Shown here in pieces: positions 27,959 to 40,317 of a stretch of DNA of 64,000 nucleotides. Made by a program: the position numbers and the translations under genes. The notes below the pieces were generated by a model. The model was not told the origin of the DNA, ran no database searches, and worked only from the letters and a program-made list of their open reading frames with translations. This DNA comes from Selaginella moellendorffii. Its lineage: Eukaryota; Plantae; Lycopodiophyta. The stretch is from assembly GCF_000143415.4 (NCBI RefSeq), contig NW_003314440.1, forward strand, positions 78,895 through 142,894, given 5' to 3'. How positions within the stretch are numbered: position 1 is the first letter of the stretch; each line of letters begins with the position of its first letter.

Positions 27959-29170
27959 ATGGCCACCGCAGCTCTTAGCAACCACCCAGTTCTGGGCATC
28001 AGAAGATCGTCACTCTGTAAGTTGTGCGATTTCTTCTGCTTCTCACACTGTTTGTTTTGTGTTTGCAGATAGCTCTTCACTTGCGGAATGTGAAGCGATC
28101 AGGCAGACAAAGCTGGTACCGCGGCGGAAGCTGCGAATTGCTGCCGTTGCCTCGGAGAAGACTATCGACAGGTACTGATGGTTTGCCATGATTTTGCTTC
28201 GTTGCCGCTCCAATTTGCGGTGTGTATGAGCAGATATACTCGCCCGTCATGGTCGGCATTCGAGCTTGGCAAGTTTCCAGTCTGGTGGCAAGCAAGTGAT
28301 GGCCAGCCTCCTACTGCTGTAAGTGAGCTTCTCATTTTCAAAGTCTTTGGCACAGTGAGTGTGATAAATATATTATCAAGCAGGGAGGGCAGCTCATCAT
28401 TTTCTTCAATCCGGACGCGTCTTCCTTGAAGCCCAACGATGTCTACGGGGTTGCCTTCAACGGTAAGCGTCTGCGGTCTATCATTTTCCTCAAATCCTGG
28501 CGTTTGTTTGCAGGAGGATTCAACCAGCCAATTATGTGTGGAGGCGAGCCACGAATCATGACAAAGAAGGATCGCGGCAACTCTTGTGCTCCTTTGTACA
28601 GCATCAAGATCAATCTCCCAAAGCATAGTACGTGCCTGACGCGTTTGTCGGCATTAAACAACTATTCACATTCCGGCTTTGCTTGGCTGGCTGGCTGGCA
28701 GCACTGAGCTTGGAGTTTTCGTTTACAAATGGCAAGGACTGGGATGGGCCTTACAAGTTGAACGTGGCGGTGCCACCCAAGTTTCGGAACAAGCCTTCAA
28801 GTTTCTTCAGCGAGGTACTTGAAATTACACTGCTCGTGAAGTTCAAAGCAGTGATTGTCTTCCTCCTCTTCCTACCAGGGGCTGGCAGCCGAACTGTCCA
28901 AGGATGGAGCCTGTGACAATGCCATCTACCCAGAGGCAGTGCTGGTGATGGACAGATGCCCTCTACCGCCATACAATCCAGAGGCAAGTCAAGGCAAAAC
29001 GAGCGTGCTGTGGCTCAGCTTGTGTGAGTGCATTTTTGCAGGGGTGGAAGTGTGACTTGGATCTCAACCCGGGCTGTACAGACAAGGAGAACCCATTCTA
29101 CGACCCGCTCGCCACCGTAGACGACGGGACGTGCCCATACGTGGAAGAACAAGTTGAAAATGAGAATTAA
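27959..29170 (+). CDS. PIFI: Post-illumination chlorophyll fluorescence increase protein
   Basis: [62 protein letters not shown]. Confidence 0.88.
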
Positions 29171-29206
29171 CTGTGTAACAAGGGTTTTGCTAGGGTCTAA
29201 GGCCAG

Positions 29207-29905
29207 ATGCTCTTTGTGAGGCGATGTCCAGCGGCGACGAGGAATGGGTGTGCGAGGCTGCTGCGGCGGTGGAGCTCCTCATCGTCCGAGGGAGAGGATG
29301 ACATCTTCGAGGACCGCATGAACATCAAGGTAAGCGAGGATAAATGTAGCTATGGCGTGCGAAAGATCAAGGAGTGGATCAAGGCAAGGTGCGCCTTTGC
29401 TCTCTTTCTTGGGAAGGGAATGAATGACGAGAGGTTTTGCAGGGAGCTGGACAACACGTACCGTGTGCGCCGGATCGTGGATCCGCTGGTTCACACGGGC
29501 ATGTACATAGAGTTCCCCCACCTGATAAGCATGTCGGTGGAGACGCACCCGATGGTGTGCACCTCCGACTTTGCCGAGACGGCCTTGATGCCGACGCTGG
29601 AGACGGTGGAGGACCCGAGTTACACCAAGGAGCTGGAGTCGCCCCGTCTCATCCTGCTGGAGCCGCTGGGTTACAACGAGCGCGCGTTTTGCCTCAAGCA
29701 CAAGGAGCCCAGCGAGCTCTTCGACCACATCCTCAAGCTGCGCAAGCTGCTGCTCAAGGCCACCGCCCAGGACGGCATCGTGGAGCTCCCCGGCGGCGAG
29801 ACCATCGACATGAGAGCACCGTGGGCGATCAAGGCGGACAAGGCCGAGCGCGCCAAAAAGGAGCAAGTGCCCATCTACGTCAAGTCGGACTATGGCCCAG
29901 CGTGA
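29207..29905 (+). CDS. Uncharacterised protein with Arg-rich mitochondrial-like presequence; one probable intron near 29389-29441
   Basis: Long GC3-rich ORF, telo-box upstream, no domain recognised. Confidence 0.55.
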   Translation: MLFVRRCPAATRNGCARLLRRWSSSSSEGEDDIFEDRMNIKVSEDKCSYGVRKIKEWIKARCAFALFLGKGMNDERFCRELDNTYRVRRIVDPLVHTGMYIEFPHLISMSVETHPMVCTSDFAETALMPTLETVEDPSYTKELESPRLILLEPLGYNERAFCLKHKEPSELFDHILKLRKLLLKATAQDGIVELPGGETIDMRAPWAIKADKAERAKKEQVPIYVKSDYGPA

Positions 29906-30664
29906 GTGCGAGTGACACTATCGATGGCGGATGGATCATGGCATTGCTTGCTCCTCCCAAGCTCTTTGCTTTGCACAGGAAATGCCATATTCTTATACTT
30001 GGACGATGCGGCTTGTCTGATTCGTTCGTTTGCCCTGCTTTGACATTTGGATTCCTCCATTTCCACGATCACAGTCAGGATCACACTAACCAACAGCAAC
30101 CCAACTGCCAACAACAAAAAGAGATTACCTTTAGATACTTCGATACTTTTACTTGAAAGGAAAAGCTCCTGGCTGCCAAAGCCACAGCCATGCTGTGAAA
30201 CTCCAATGCGTGCCAGCTTATTAGTATGGCGTATCTTGCGATGCGCATCCATGGGCATGCTAGTGACCGTGGGTCTGTCATGTGGTCCAGCGGTCCCACA
30301 GAACGACCGCCAACGGCCAAACTACCATACGGCGCGGGGCCGTATAACCGTCCTCCTCTACGGCGAGGTGGAAATACTTTGACGGTGGCGGAGAGATCTG
30401 GACCGTCCGTCAATTATGGTGTGTCACGGGCCAGCCAGCCTGGCCATCTCCAGCTGTTTGCGAGTACGGCCGATACGTTGTTGTCTGGTTAACAGCCCTT
30501 GGTTGTTTTGTGACCATATAAAATGGGCCTCACCTACATTGCTATGAAGCTTCCCTGTTTCTAGGGCTCCTCGTTTTCTCCTTTTTGATTCTTCTTCTTT
30601 TCGTTTTTTAATTTGTTCCTTCGTCTTCCTTTAGTTTTTGAGAGACAGAGAAGAGTGAGGAGCG

Positions 30665-31693
30665 ATGGAGGTGCTCAAGCCCAGTGCCGTCAGCACGAGC
30701 AGCGGCAGTAGCAACACCAGCAGCTGCGACAAGGATCTCGAGGAGAGGATCAAAGGTCCATGGAGCCCGGAGGAGGATGCCGCGCTCCAGCAGCTGGTGG
30801 AGCAGCATGGCGCTCGCAACTGGTCTGTTATAAGCAAGGGCATTGCGGGGCGATCGGGCAAGTCGTGCCGGCTGAGGTGGTGCAATCAGCTCAGCCCGCA
30901 AGTGGAGCATCGCCCCTTCACTGCTGCCGAGGACGCAGCCATCGTCCGTGCGCACTTGTTGCACGGGAACAAGTGGGCAACCATCGCGCGCTTGCTCCCG
31001 GGCCGCACGGACAATGCCATCAAGAATCACTGGAACTCCACGCTGCGCCGGAGGGCGGCCACCATGACGGTTGCTACTGCTGCTGCTGCTACTGGGGAGA
31101 GACACGACGACTCCCGTGCCAGCACCAAGCGCAGCTGCTGTGACATGATGAATCACAGCGACGAGCCGGAGCAGGATCTGCAAGAGGCAGTGACGAAGAA
31201 GAGCGATGCTCGCATTGGAAGTCCTCCCCCACTGTTCAAGCCGGCATCAAAGCTTCCGAGCCCGCCTCTCGGCCAGGAATCAGCAGCGGCGACGATGGCG
31301 ACTGAGAGAACAGATCCTCCGACATCTCTCAGCCTCTGTTTGCCCGGCTCCATTGAAGATACGACCACAGCGGCCATCGCCAAGCGTGCCATGGAAGAAG
31401 GAAGACAGAAAACCCCGGCATCTTTCCTCTCGCTGGCTCATGCAATCCAGGAGAAGGATCTGGCATCACTGCCTAGAGGTGGCTACTTGAGAATGGAAGA
31501 GGTAGTCGACCTCATGGCTGCTGCCATCAGAGCGGCGGTGTCTCTCTCCCTGGCACCCATCCTTCGCCACGCCTCCCCGCCGATGAGCGTGGAAGGTGAT
31601 GATCGCATGGGATTGATGCTGCGGGACATGGTGTCGAGAGAAGTTAGCAGCTACATGGCTGCGGCCGCTAGCTTCCCACCCAAGCAAACCTGA
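30665..31693 (+). CDS. R2R3-MYB transcription factor, subgroup 22 (MYB44/77-like)
   Basis: [11 protein letters not shown]...[15 protein letters not shown]...[15 protein letters not shown]; [11 protein letters not shown] and [10 protein letters not shown] motifs; intronless. Confidence 0.92.
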   Translation: MEVLKPSAVSTSSGSSNTSSCDKDLEERIKGPWSPEEDAALQQLVEQHGARNWSVISKGIAGRSGKSCRLRWCNQLSPQVEHRPFTAAEDAAIVRAHLLHGNKWATIARLLPGRTDNAIKNHWNSTLRRRAATMTVATAAAATGERHDDSRASTKRSCCDMMNHSDEPEQDLQEAVTKKSDARIGSPPPLFKPASKLPSPPLGQESAAATMATERTDPPTSLSLCLPGSIEDTTTAAIAKRAMEEGRQKTPASFLSLAHAIQEKDLASLPRGGYLRMEEVVDLMAAAIRAAVSLSLAPILRHASPPMSVEGDDRMGLMLRDMVSREVSSYMAAAASFPPKQT

Positions 31694-31999
31694 GAGACAG
31701 ACCACCGGCGTAGCTTGTACTAGGCACTATACCCTCTCCTGGTAAGTTAATGAGAGTATGATGATCGCGACTTGGAAATCGCTCGTTTCTTGTGGTTGTT
31801 CCAGCCAGCATTGAATGTGACCCTTTGGTTTCATGGCAGCTGGACCGATTGATTGATTGATTGATGCATACATCCAGACCACAATCCCAACAAACGAATC
31901 GCGCGCCAGCCAGCAACAACCTCTCGTACCAAACTAAGTATCCCTTCCCGATATGGGCTTGGAGATTCTCTTTCCTGGGCCGTACAAAACGAGTGCTTT

Positions 32000-34660
32000 T
32001 TACGTTCTCACCACGGGTGAAGCTTTGTAGAGATTCGAGGTGAGGATATAGGGGGCGGAGCTCTGCGGATCCAGCTCCCAGGCCTGCTGAGCAGCAAGTG
32101 CCCCACCTTGAACATGTCCATGCATGTTACACCCCCCAACCAAGGCCAGCCACACCTGCATGTCTGGTTCGTATGACATGGTGGCAACCAGCTGCTCAGC
32201 GTCACGCAGCCTCCCAGAGCGGGCCAAAACATCCACCATGCAGCTGAAGTGGTCAGCCTCTGGCAGGATCCAAAACTCGCGCTGCATCTTCACGAAGTGA
32301 GCGATCGAGCGGAAGAGCATGCCCGCGTGGCTGTAGCTTGCAAGCAGTATCACAGAGGTCACCTCGTTGGGCATCTCACCCTCGACGATCATGTGGGTAG
32401 CAACTTCGCCCGCTTCGGCAAGATGACCACTGTGGGCATATGCAGCAACCATGGAGTTCCAGCTGACAACGCTTCGCTCACTCATTTGATTGAATGTTCG
32501 CCTTGCTCGGGCTGCATTGCAGCACTTTCCGAGCATCCTAATCAGCGCATTATCGATCAGCACGGACCGGATACCGCTGCTCACACTTCTCGCGTACACA
32601 AACTCCGCATCCTTCGTATGGGCCGGCGGCCTCAGGCACGCTTCGGGGATGGACGTCAAAGATATCTCGTTAGCGTCGATGCCCCTGGCCTCCATCAGTT
32701 TAAAGCTTGCGAGTGCCTCCGACCCGCATCCATTCTGAATAAAAGCCGTCAACATTGCATTCCACGCTGCAACATCGTGCTCGGGCATCGCCTCAAAGCA
32801 AGCTTTTGCAGCCTCCAAGTCGCCGCCGAGAGAGTATGCGCCCACCATAGCAGTCCACGAAACCAGATCCCACTCCTTCATTCTGTCAAACGTGCTCCTG
32901 GCTTCGTCACTCCGCTTGCATCGCCCATAGAAGTAGATGAGCGAGTTCCAGACCTTGGTGCTGCTGCTGATGCTTGTGCACAGCCCCTGGATTTCTCGGC
33001 CAGCAGCCAAATCTGAAAGGCTGCCGCACGCATCTAGTACAGCAATGACGGTTATCTCGTCTGTCTCTATTGCCTCCACATCCATCGAAGCAAACAGCCG
33101 CAACGCATCCCGGCTCCTGCCACCCCGGGCCATGCCCGCCACCATTATGTTCCAGGAGATGACATCCCAGTCAGGAACCTCATCAAACAGAAGCTTAGCT
33201 TGGCGCAGATGCCCGTTAGCGCAATATGCCGCAAGCATGCCGTTCCAGGACACCACGTCCCGATACGGCATGCCGTCGTACACCCCTCGTGCCTCGCCAA
33301 CGCTGCCGCACTTACCATACATGTTGATGAGCGAGTTTTGGACGTTCAATTCAAGCTCGCAGCCGGCTTCTCTGACAAGCCGGTGGAGCTTTCGCCCCTC
33401 AGAAATCACGCCAAGCCCAGCGCAGGCATCCACGGCACTGACGAAGGTGATTGCGTTGGCCTTTACTTCCGCTGTCATGGAGCTCAAGAGCTGGATTGCC
33501 TGGCCAGGAAGCCCACTACGGGCCAGTGCGGAGATCATGGTATTCCACGAGACGACATCTCTGCATGGCATTCGATCGAACAGCTGCCGAGCCTCGGCAA
33601 CCCTCCCGTTCTGTGCCAGTGCCGCCAATGCAGCGTTCCACGACACCACATCTCTTGTCTCTTGGCGGCAGAAGAGATTCCATGCGTCACCAGGGCTGCC
33701 ACACTTGCCATACATGCTGATGAGTGCGTTCCCGACCTTGAGGCTCGGCACTCTACCCCTGCTTCTGATGATCGCGCAGTGAATTTGCTCCCCTCTCTTT
33801 AAGTCCCCCAGAACAGAGGACGCGTCTAGAGCAGCCAGGAACGTAACGTCATCAGCCTCGAACCCCTGCTCTCCCATGACATGGAAAAGCTCCAGGGCGT
33901 CGGCTGCACGGCCGGCCTGTGCACAGGCTGAGATGATCACGTTCCATGACACAACACTCCGTTTCTCTGGCGGCATCTCACCAAAGAAGATTGCCCGTGC
34001 TTCTTCCAGATGCCCATTCTGGGCATGTGCCGACATCAAAACGTTCCACGCCACCGTGTCTCGGTAATCAAGCCGATCGAACACCGCTCGAGCCCGAGCG
34101 ACACACCTGCATCTCCCAAACATGTTGATTAGTGCGACTGCGAGCTTAGGATCTAGTCTAGGATGGATAGCAACAATCCTATCGTGGATAGACTTACCCG
34201 TTTCGAGGTCTCGGAGGCTGGCGCAGGCCTGGATCACTCCCAGATAAGTCACCACGTTGGGTGTCACCTCGTCGCGCTCCATGCCCTGGAACAGCGCCAG
34301 GGCTTGGTGGCCACGGCCGGCACGGGCGAAGGCAGAGATGAGCGTGTTCCAGGACACCGTGTCCTTGGCGGGGTTGCGATCGAATGTGGCCCTGGCGTCG
34401 TCAAGGCGGCCATTGGCGGCGTAGGCCGCTGCCAGGATGTTGAAGGAGGTGGAGGTGGGATGGTCCATGGCCTGGAACACTTGCACCGCGCGGTCTAGCC
34501 TGCCACACTTGGCGTACATGTGGACGAGGAGGTCCTGGATGAGCTTCACCCTGTCCAGACCCCTTGCGCCGATGGCGGCGTGGAGGCTCACACCGCGGCG
34601 CGCATCCTTGCTGCGGATGCATTGCCGGAGGAGCACCACAATCTCGTGCTGCTCCTCCAT
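32000..34660 (-). CDS. PLS-class PPR protein (886 aa, truncated E domain)
   Basis: Intronless ORF of tandem PPR motifs (DVVSWN, MYGKCG) ending PYILTSNLY. Confidence 0.9.
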   Translation of the reverse strand: MEEQHEIVVLLRQCIRSKDARRGVSLHAAIGARGLDRVKLIQDLLVHMYAKCGRLDRAVQVFQAMDHPTSTSFNILAAAYAANGRLDDARATFDRNPAKDTVSWNTLISAFARAGRGHQALALFQGMERDEVTPNVVTYLGVIQACASLRDLETGKSIHDRIVAIHPRLDPKLAVALINMFGRCRCVARARAVFDRLDYRDTVAWNVLMSAHAQNGHLEEARAIFFGEMPPEKRSVVSWNVIISACAQAGRAADALELFHVMGEQGFEADDVTFLAALDASSVLGDLKRGEQIHCAIIRSRGRVPSLKVGNALISMYGKCGSPGDAWNLFCRQETRDVVSWNAALAALAQNGRVAEARQLFDRMPCRDVVSWNTMISALARSGLPGQAIQLLSSMTAEVKANAITFVSAVDACAGLGVISEGRKLHRLVREAGCELELNVQNSLINMYGKCGSVGEARGVYDGMPYRDVVSWNGMLAAYCANGHLRQAKLLFDEVPDWDVISWNIMVAGMARGGRSRDALRLFASMDVEAIETDEITVIAVLDACGSLSDLAAGREIQGLCTSISSSTKVWNSLIYFYGRCKRSDEARSTFDRMKEWDLVSWTAMVGAYSLGGDLEAAKACFEAMPEHDVAAWNAMLTAFIQNGCGSEALASFKLMEARGIDANEISLTSIPEACLRPPAHTKDAEFVYARSVSSGIRSVLIDNALIRMLGKCCNAARARRTFNQMSERSVVSWNSMVAAYAHSGHLAEAGEVATHMIVEGEMPNEVTSVILLASYSHAGMLFRSIAHFVKMQREFWILPEADHFSCMVDVLARSGRLRDAEQLVATMSYEPDMQVWLALVGGCNMHGHVQGGALAAQQAWELDPQSSAPYILTSNLYKASPVVRT

Positions 34661-34729
34661 CCCACATCGTGTACCCTAGCTAGCACACATTCTAGCTAGG
34701 GTTTGGATGGCGTTGTTCCCTGGCTGACA

Positions 34730-36142
34730 ATGGCGTCCGCCACAACAGCCTCGGACGATGGGCACGCCAATGTGTGCGCGACCTCGTCTACTGCATCGTC
34801 CTCTTGCTCTCACCAGCAGCGCGATGGAGCAGCGGCAGCGGCGGCAGCGGCAGCGGCAGCAGCAGCAGCAGCGCCCCCGGCTCCCTTCCTCACCAAGACA
34901 TACGACATGATTGACGACGCCTCCTCCGACCCAGTTGTGTCGTGGAGCAGCAAGGGCACGAGCTTCGTGGTGTGGAATCCGCCCGAGTTTGCGCGGGATC
35001 TGTTACCGCAGTATTTCAAGCACAACAATTTCTCCAGCTTTGTCCGGCAGCTCAACACCTATGTGAGTTTGTTCTAGGCCTAGGTAGCAAGCCGGTCTCA
35101 TGGTTTTGTTGGGGGCCAGGGATTTCGGAAGGTGGATCCGGATCGATGGGAGTTTGCAAACGAGGAATTCGTTCGAGGCGACAGGAGCCTGCTCAGAAAC
35201 ATCACCAGAAAGAAGCCATCGTCTCAGCAGCAGCAGCCGCCGCAGCAGGCACACCACGGCAGCGGTGGCGGCGGCGAGCCAAAGCTCGGATTGGAAGCGG
35301 AGGTTGACAGGCTCCAGCGGGATAAGAACGTGTTGATGCTGGAGCTGGTGAGGCTGAGGCAGCAGCAGCAGCAAACGGAGACGGAGCTGCTGCTCATGGG
35401 GCAGCGCGTGCAGGGATCGGAGCAACGCCAGAAACACATGATCTCTTTTCTGGCAAAGGCTATCCAGAGCCCGGGATTCTTGGCACAAGTCCTTCGGCGC
35501 AATAGCGGCCACTCGCCGAACATCGGCGGCCACAGAAAGAGGAAGGCGCTCGAAGAAGCCGGCGCCAGCAGCAACAGCCGGCTCGTCCGCTACGACCCGG
35601 TTGACAAGCTGAGCCAGTTCTTCAACAGCCCGGACTTGGCGTCCAAGAAACCGCACGAGTCGTCGCTGGAGCTGGAGCTCCTCATCCGCGAGCTACTGCG
35701 GCAGCAGGAAGGCGGCGACGCGTATGACGGGGAGGAAGAAGAGGTTGTGACTACTAGCCGGGACGGCGATGGGGATTACCAGGCATCTACCAGAGCCGCA
35801 AGCGTGGTGACAACGCCCTGCTCGGACGTGACGTCTCCAGAGGCAAGGCACTTGTCTCCACGGTCTGGTGTTACGACCGAGTTAAGCAGCCAGTCAGCCG
35901 CCGGAAAGCATCCCTTCAACCTCAACTCGGAGCCAGAGGACAACGAGAGTAGCGCCAAAGCCGCCGCAGCAGCAGCAGCCCTCCAAGGTGAGATGCGTGC
36001 CAGCGTTGACAACGGAGCCGTGGGCGTTGGCTTCAACGACGTGTTCTGGGAGAGGTTTCTGACCGACTCAGAGGCCGGGGAGCCCAGGCACTGTTCCACA
36101 GGTGAGCATTCCATTTCTTTTTGCTGCACAGACAGAGGATAA
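34730..36142 (+). CDS. Class A heat-shock transcription factor
   Basis: [12 protein letters not shown]...[16 protein letters not shown]|[15 protein letters not shown] with the conserved DBD intron; HR-A/B; RKRK NLS; AHA motif [10 protein letters not shown]; a short extra last exon (to ~36191) is possible. Confidence 0.9.
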
Positions 36143-36276
36143 GATATGGTGACCTCACAGCATCGTTTTCTTTTGTGCAGAAAAGTCTTGAAACGTCTCC
36201 ATGTCCTCGGGAAGGGCGTCACTGCTTTTGTACAGTTAGTACGTGTTGCGCTGTCTGTGTGTAGAGATGAAATACC

Positions 36277-38031
36277 ATGACCATCGTGATCAAGGTGGCC
36301 GGCGACGGCGTGTGTAGTAGCTCGTTGCCAGGAAGTGTGAGCGACGGGAAGACGACGTACTCGCAGAACAAGCTCATCGAGCAGTATGGCAAGTGCGGAA
36401 ACGTCAAGGGCGCCCGCGATTTGTTTGATGCCACGGAGCCCAAGGACCGATTCTCATGGGCGCTCATGCTCGCCGCCTACGCACGGAATGGCTACCTGCG
36501 CGACGCCAAACAAATGCTCCTCCGCGACATGCCCGTGTGGGACGCGCCCTCTTGGAATGCGCTGCTCTCCGCCTGCGCTCGCGCCGGCCGCCTCGACGAT
36601 GCAGCGGACGCCTTTGCGGCAATGCCCGCCAGGAATCTCGTGTCGTGGAATGCCATGGTCGCGGCGTGCGTCCACAACGGCCACCCTGCCGCTGCCCGCC
36701 ACCTCTTCGACTTGATGCCCGCGCGAGACGCCATCTCTTGGAACACCATGCTCTCTGCCTACGCGGACGCCGGCGCCATTGCGTATGCCGAGGAGGTCTT
36801 CACAGGGATGCCGCAGAGGTGTCTGGTGTCGTGGAATGCGCTGCTCCTGGCATATGCCCGGGCTGGGCACGTTGCCAAGGCCAAGCAAACCTTGGAGGAG
36901 ATGCCGCAGACGAATGTGGTCACCTGGACGACGCTGCTCGCTCTGGGCGGGAAGGAGGTGTTTGATCGGATGCCCGAGAGGAACCTTGTGGCGTGGAACA
37001 CGCTGCTTGCTGCCTACTCCAAGCAGGGGCTTGTGGAGGAGGCCAGCGAGCTCTTTGATGGCATGCCCGAGAGGAGCCTCGTGTCGTGGACGGCGATGCT
37101 AGTGGTACTTGCAGGGAGCGGCCGCGTGGACGACGCCACGAGGCTGTTCGATGCGATGCCGATGAGAAACTCGGTGTCGTGCACAGCCATGATCACCGCT
37201 TGCACCGCCCGTGACCCGGCCCGGGCCAAGGAGGTGTTTGACAGCATGCCGCAGGCGGATCTGGTGTCCGCGAATGCCCTCATCGCTGCGTTTGCACGGC
37301 ACGGCAAGGTTGACGAGCCCAAGCAGCTGTTTGACAGCCTCCCGGAGCAGGACGTGTTCTCTTGGAATGCCCTCTTGGCTGCTTACGCCCACAGCGGGCA
37401 TTTGGACGAGGCCAAGAGGCTGTTCGAGAGAATGCCTGTGCGGGACGTGGTGTCGTCCACGACACTGATATCGGGATATGCGCGAGGCGGTTTTCTCCGC
37501 CAGGCCCAGAAACTCTTTGACAGCGCGCCGGACCGAAGCGTGACGCTGTGGACTTCGGCCATGGCGGCTTGTGCCCACAGCGGGCATTTTGGACAGGCGC
37601 TTGACCTCTTCCACGCGATGAACACGGTGGAGGTCCCGGACGCCGCAACCCTTGCTATGGCCATCATTGCCATAGCGTCCAAGAGCAGCAACAAAGGCAG
37701 ATCGTCCCCAAGCTGTTACTGCTGCCGGCGCTTTGCTTCCATGGCGCTGGATTTTGGGGTGGCCGCTACCAAGCACCACTACAGCTGCCTTGTGGGCATC
37801 CTGGCGCGGGCCGGAGACGTGGAGGATGCCCGGGATCTGGTGGCCAACATGCCATTTGAACCGGATGAGCACGAGTGGACGAGCCTGCTGGTGGCGTGCC
37901 GAGGGCAAACGGAGCATCAATCACTGGCAGCTCGCGCGGCGAATCGCCTCGTTTCCCTGACGGCCTCGTCCCAAGCATCTTATCCGTACCTCCTGTGGAG
38001 GAGGAGCGCCCTAACCCTAATGGGCTCCTAG
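36277..38031 (+). CDS. PPR protein, mostly short S-type repeats
   Basis: Intronless 584-aa ORF with ~31-aa repeats (MPERNLVAWNTLLAAY), degenerate E region. Confidence 0.85.
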   Translation: MTIVIKVAGDGVCSSSLPGSVSDGKTTYSQNKLIEQYGKCGNVKGARDLFDATEPKDRFSWALMLAAYARNGYLRDAKQMLLRDMPVWDAPSWNALLSACARAGRLDDAADAFAAMPARNLVSWNAMVAACVHNGHPAAARHLFDLMPARDAISWNTMLSAYADAGAIAYAEEVFTGMPQRCLVSWNALLLAYARAGHVAKAKQTLEEMPQTNVVTWTTLLALGGKEVFDRMPERNLVAWNTLLAAYSKQGLVEEASELFDGMPERSLVSWTAMLVVLAGSGRVDDATRLFDAMPMRNSVSCTAMITACTARDPARAKEVFDSMPQADLVSANALIAAFARHGKVDEPKQLFDSLPEQDVFSWNALLAAYAHSGHLDEAKRLFERMPVRDVVSSTTLISGYARGGFLRQAQKLFDSAPDRSVTLWTSAMAACAHSGHFGQALDLFHAMNTVEVPDAATLAMAIIAIASKSSNKGRSSPSCYCCRRFASMALDFGVAATKHHYSCLVGILARAGDVEDARDLVANMPFEPDEHEWTSLLVACRGQTEHQSLAARAANRLVSLTASSQASYPYLLWRRSALTLMGS

Positions 38032-38047
38032 GGCGGAGGAGGAACAG

Positions 38048-40317
38048 ATGGAAGCGCTGGATGACGAGGAGCTCCAAAGGGCTTTTCGGATGAGCTTGCA
38101 GCCTGGGCCGGAGGCAAAGCGAACCAAGTCGCGGGACACTACTGCCGAGGCGCCCGACGAAGCATCGCAACGCAGGCTCCAGCGAGAGATCCGGGCCGCT
38201 GCTGCCGAGAAGCGGAGGCTGTCCGCGGCTGGAAACCCGACTCCTTCCATCACGAGGGAGCTGGAAGGCTCTGGTAATGCTGCTGCTACTCCCCCCCCTT
38301 CTTCCAGTTGCAGTTCTAGCAACACCAAAGCTGGAGAAGAGCTGCCTCTTCCTGTTGCTGAGCAGTTACACCAAATGGTTTTTGGGCCTCAGGTCACCAG
38401 GGAAGTCCTTGCGCAGTGGTGCAACCAAGGATTCAGGTAACCACCTTTCTTCTCTCCGCGCTCCCTTCACTTTCTTCTCGTTTTGCTCAAAAAAAAAAAA
38501 AAAGGTTTAGCTCCGACCTGGAGACATCACTGGGACTCGTACAGCATGAGGGTGGTCCTTGCGGCGTGCTCGCAACCATTCAGGTATCAAGTTAGTCTCT
38601 ACTCTGGATGAGAGAATTGGATCGTGCGTTTTGTCCCTCCCAGGCCACCCTGCTCAAGTATCTTCTCTTCGTGCCTAACAAGCGAGATGCTTCCCAGCTT
38701 GAATTCCAGGACTCCGAACGAACCAGGTAGAGAACTTGTCGTTTGTGTTTCGTTAACTGTCTGTATCTTCCCTAGTGCGCTGATTCAAGCGATGGCTGAG
38801 ACGCTATGGCGAGCAGGAGGAAACCAAAGAGCTGTGCTGGCTGTTATGGACATACCAGACGCTAGCGAGGAAGAGCAAGACAGAGTACGGTGTTGGTTTG
38901 CACATATGCTGATACTGATGGTGCTGGCCAGGTTTTGGAAAGCGTGGCTCTGGATTCGGCCACCGGACTGCGCGAAGCTGTTAGAATATGCACAGTCTTG
39001 TCACTGTCTACCCTTTATCAGCAAATCCAGGAGAGGATTGCTGGGTTCAGGAGTCGTATGGGTGCTCTCTTGTTTCTCTTCTCGGCACTGCTATCAAGGG
39101 GCCTGGTATGTCTTGTCTATTTGATTCATGCAAGCATTACTTTCTTGTTCCACATCCAGGACGCTGTCCAGTCGGACCGGGATGATCCAGTTCAACCTCT
39201 GGTCACTCCTCCATTTGGTCATGCATCTCAGGTACGGTGACGTTTTCGGAGCATATCATTTACAGCTGCGTGATTGGCGAAAAAGTGTGGGAGGAGAATA
39301 ACACAGAGAGTCGAGCCCTGCGTGAGCTTGCATCTTGGTAGCAGTCTAATACCAGTTTTTGCTGGTCCAGGTTTTGTAATCTGGAGCTTCTGCGGAAGGA
39401 TTACGCTACTCTGTTCTTTTCTTGTCTGCCCTTGCTCTTAAGCTGTTAGGAAACCATCTCCTTTTTTCTCGTGGGCCTGACCTCTCTTTGCTCGTGTCTT
39501 GCAGGAGATTGTGAACCTGCTGCTCTGCGGCCAGGCTGTTGCAAATGTGTTTGACGGGAACTACGACCTTGGGGGTGGCATGAGCCTCAAGGGAATCCCG
39601 TCCAACGTGGAAGTGGGATTTTTAACTCTGCTAGAGTCTCTCAACTTCTGCAAAGTTGGTCAGTACCTGAAGCGACCAAAGTGGCCAATCTGGGTGGTAG
39701 GCAGCGAGTCCCACTACACGGTCCTTTTTGCTCTTGACACGGGCGTTCAAGACGAGAACGAGGTCGAGGCTAGGGAGTTTACCATCCGCAGGGCGTTTGA
39801 TGCCCAGGATCAAAGCGGGGGGGGAGGATTTATTAGCCTGGAGGCACTACAGCAGGTTCTAATCGACACCAACGTTGACATGCCACAGCAGGTTCTAGAC
39901 AATCTTTGCAGCAGTGACATCGTCATCTGGAACGACTTGTGGCAAAGCTTGATGCACCTTGAAAAGAGTAGAGGCGGCCTCAAAGACGAAGAGGGGTCAA
40001 TGGGGAAGAAGTACTTTGAGTTGTATCACTTCAACGGTATCGCGAAGACTGTAGCGGGCAGCAGCGGCAGCAGCAGCGCAGGCGCGGGAGACGTGATGCA
40101 GCAGAGGCCAAGACTGACCAAGCTCAAGGTTGCTGTTCCTCCGAGGTGGACACCAGAGTCCATGATGACCGTGGAAGGGCCTGCAGTAGAGGAGAACACG
40201 CAGAGTGATGACAAGAGAGAGGAACCGGCTCAGCATGCGCCGTTGACCGACTGCATCCGGACGAGATGGCAAAGGGCAACGTCGAACTGGACTGGCGATC
40301 CCCCAAGCATCGTGTGA
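38048..40317 (+). CDS. MINDY-3/4 family deubiquitinase with UIM and EF-hand-like insert
   Basis: DDEELQRAFRMSL (UIM), GLVQHEGGPCGVLA (catalytic Cys), QEIVNLLLCGQAVANVFDG, PIWVVGSESHYTVLF (His), IRTRW. Confidence 0.9.
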
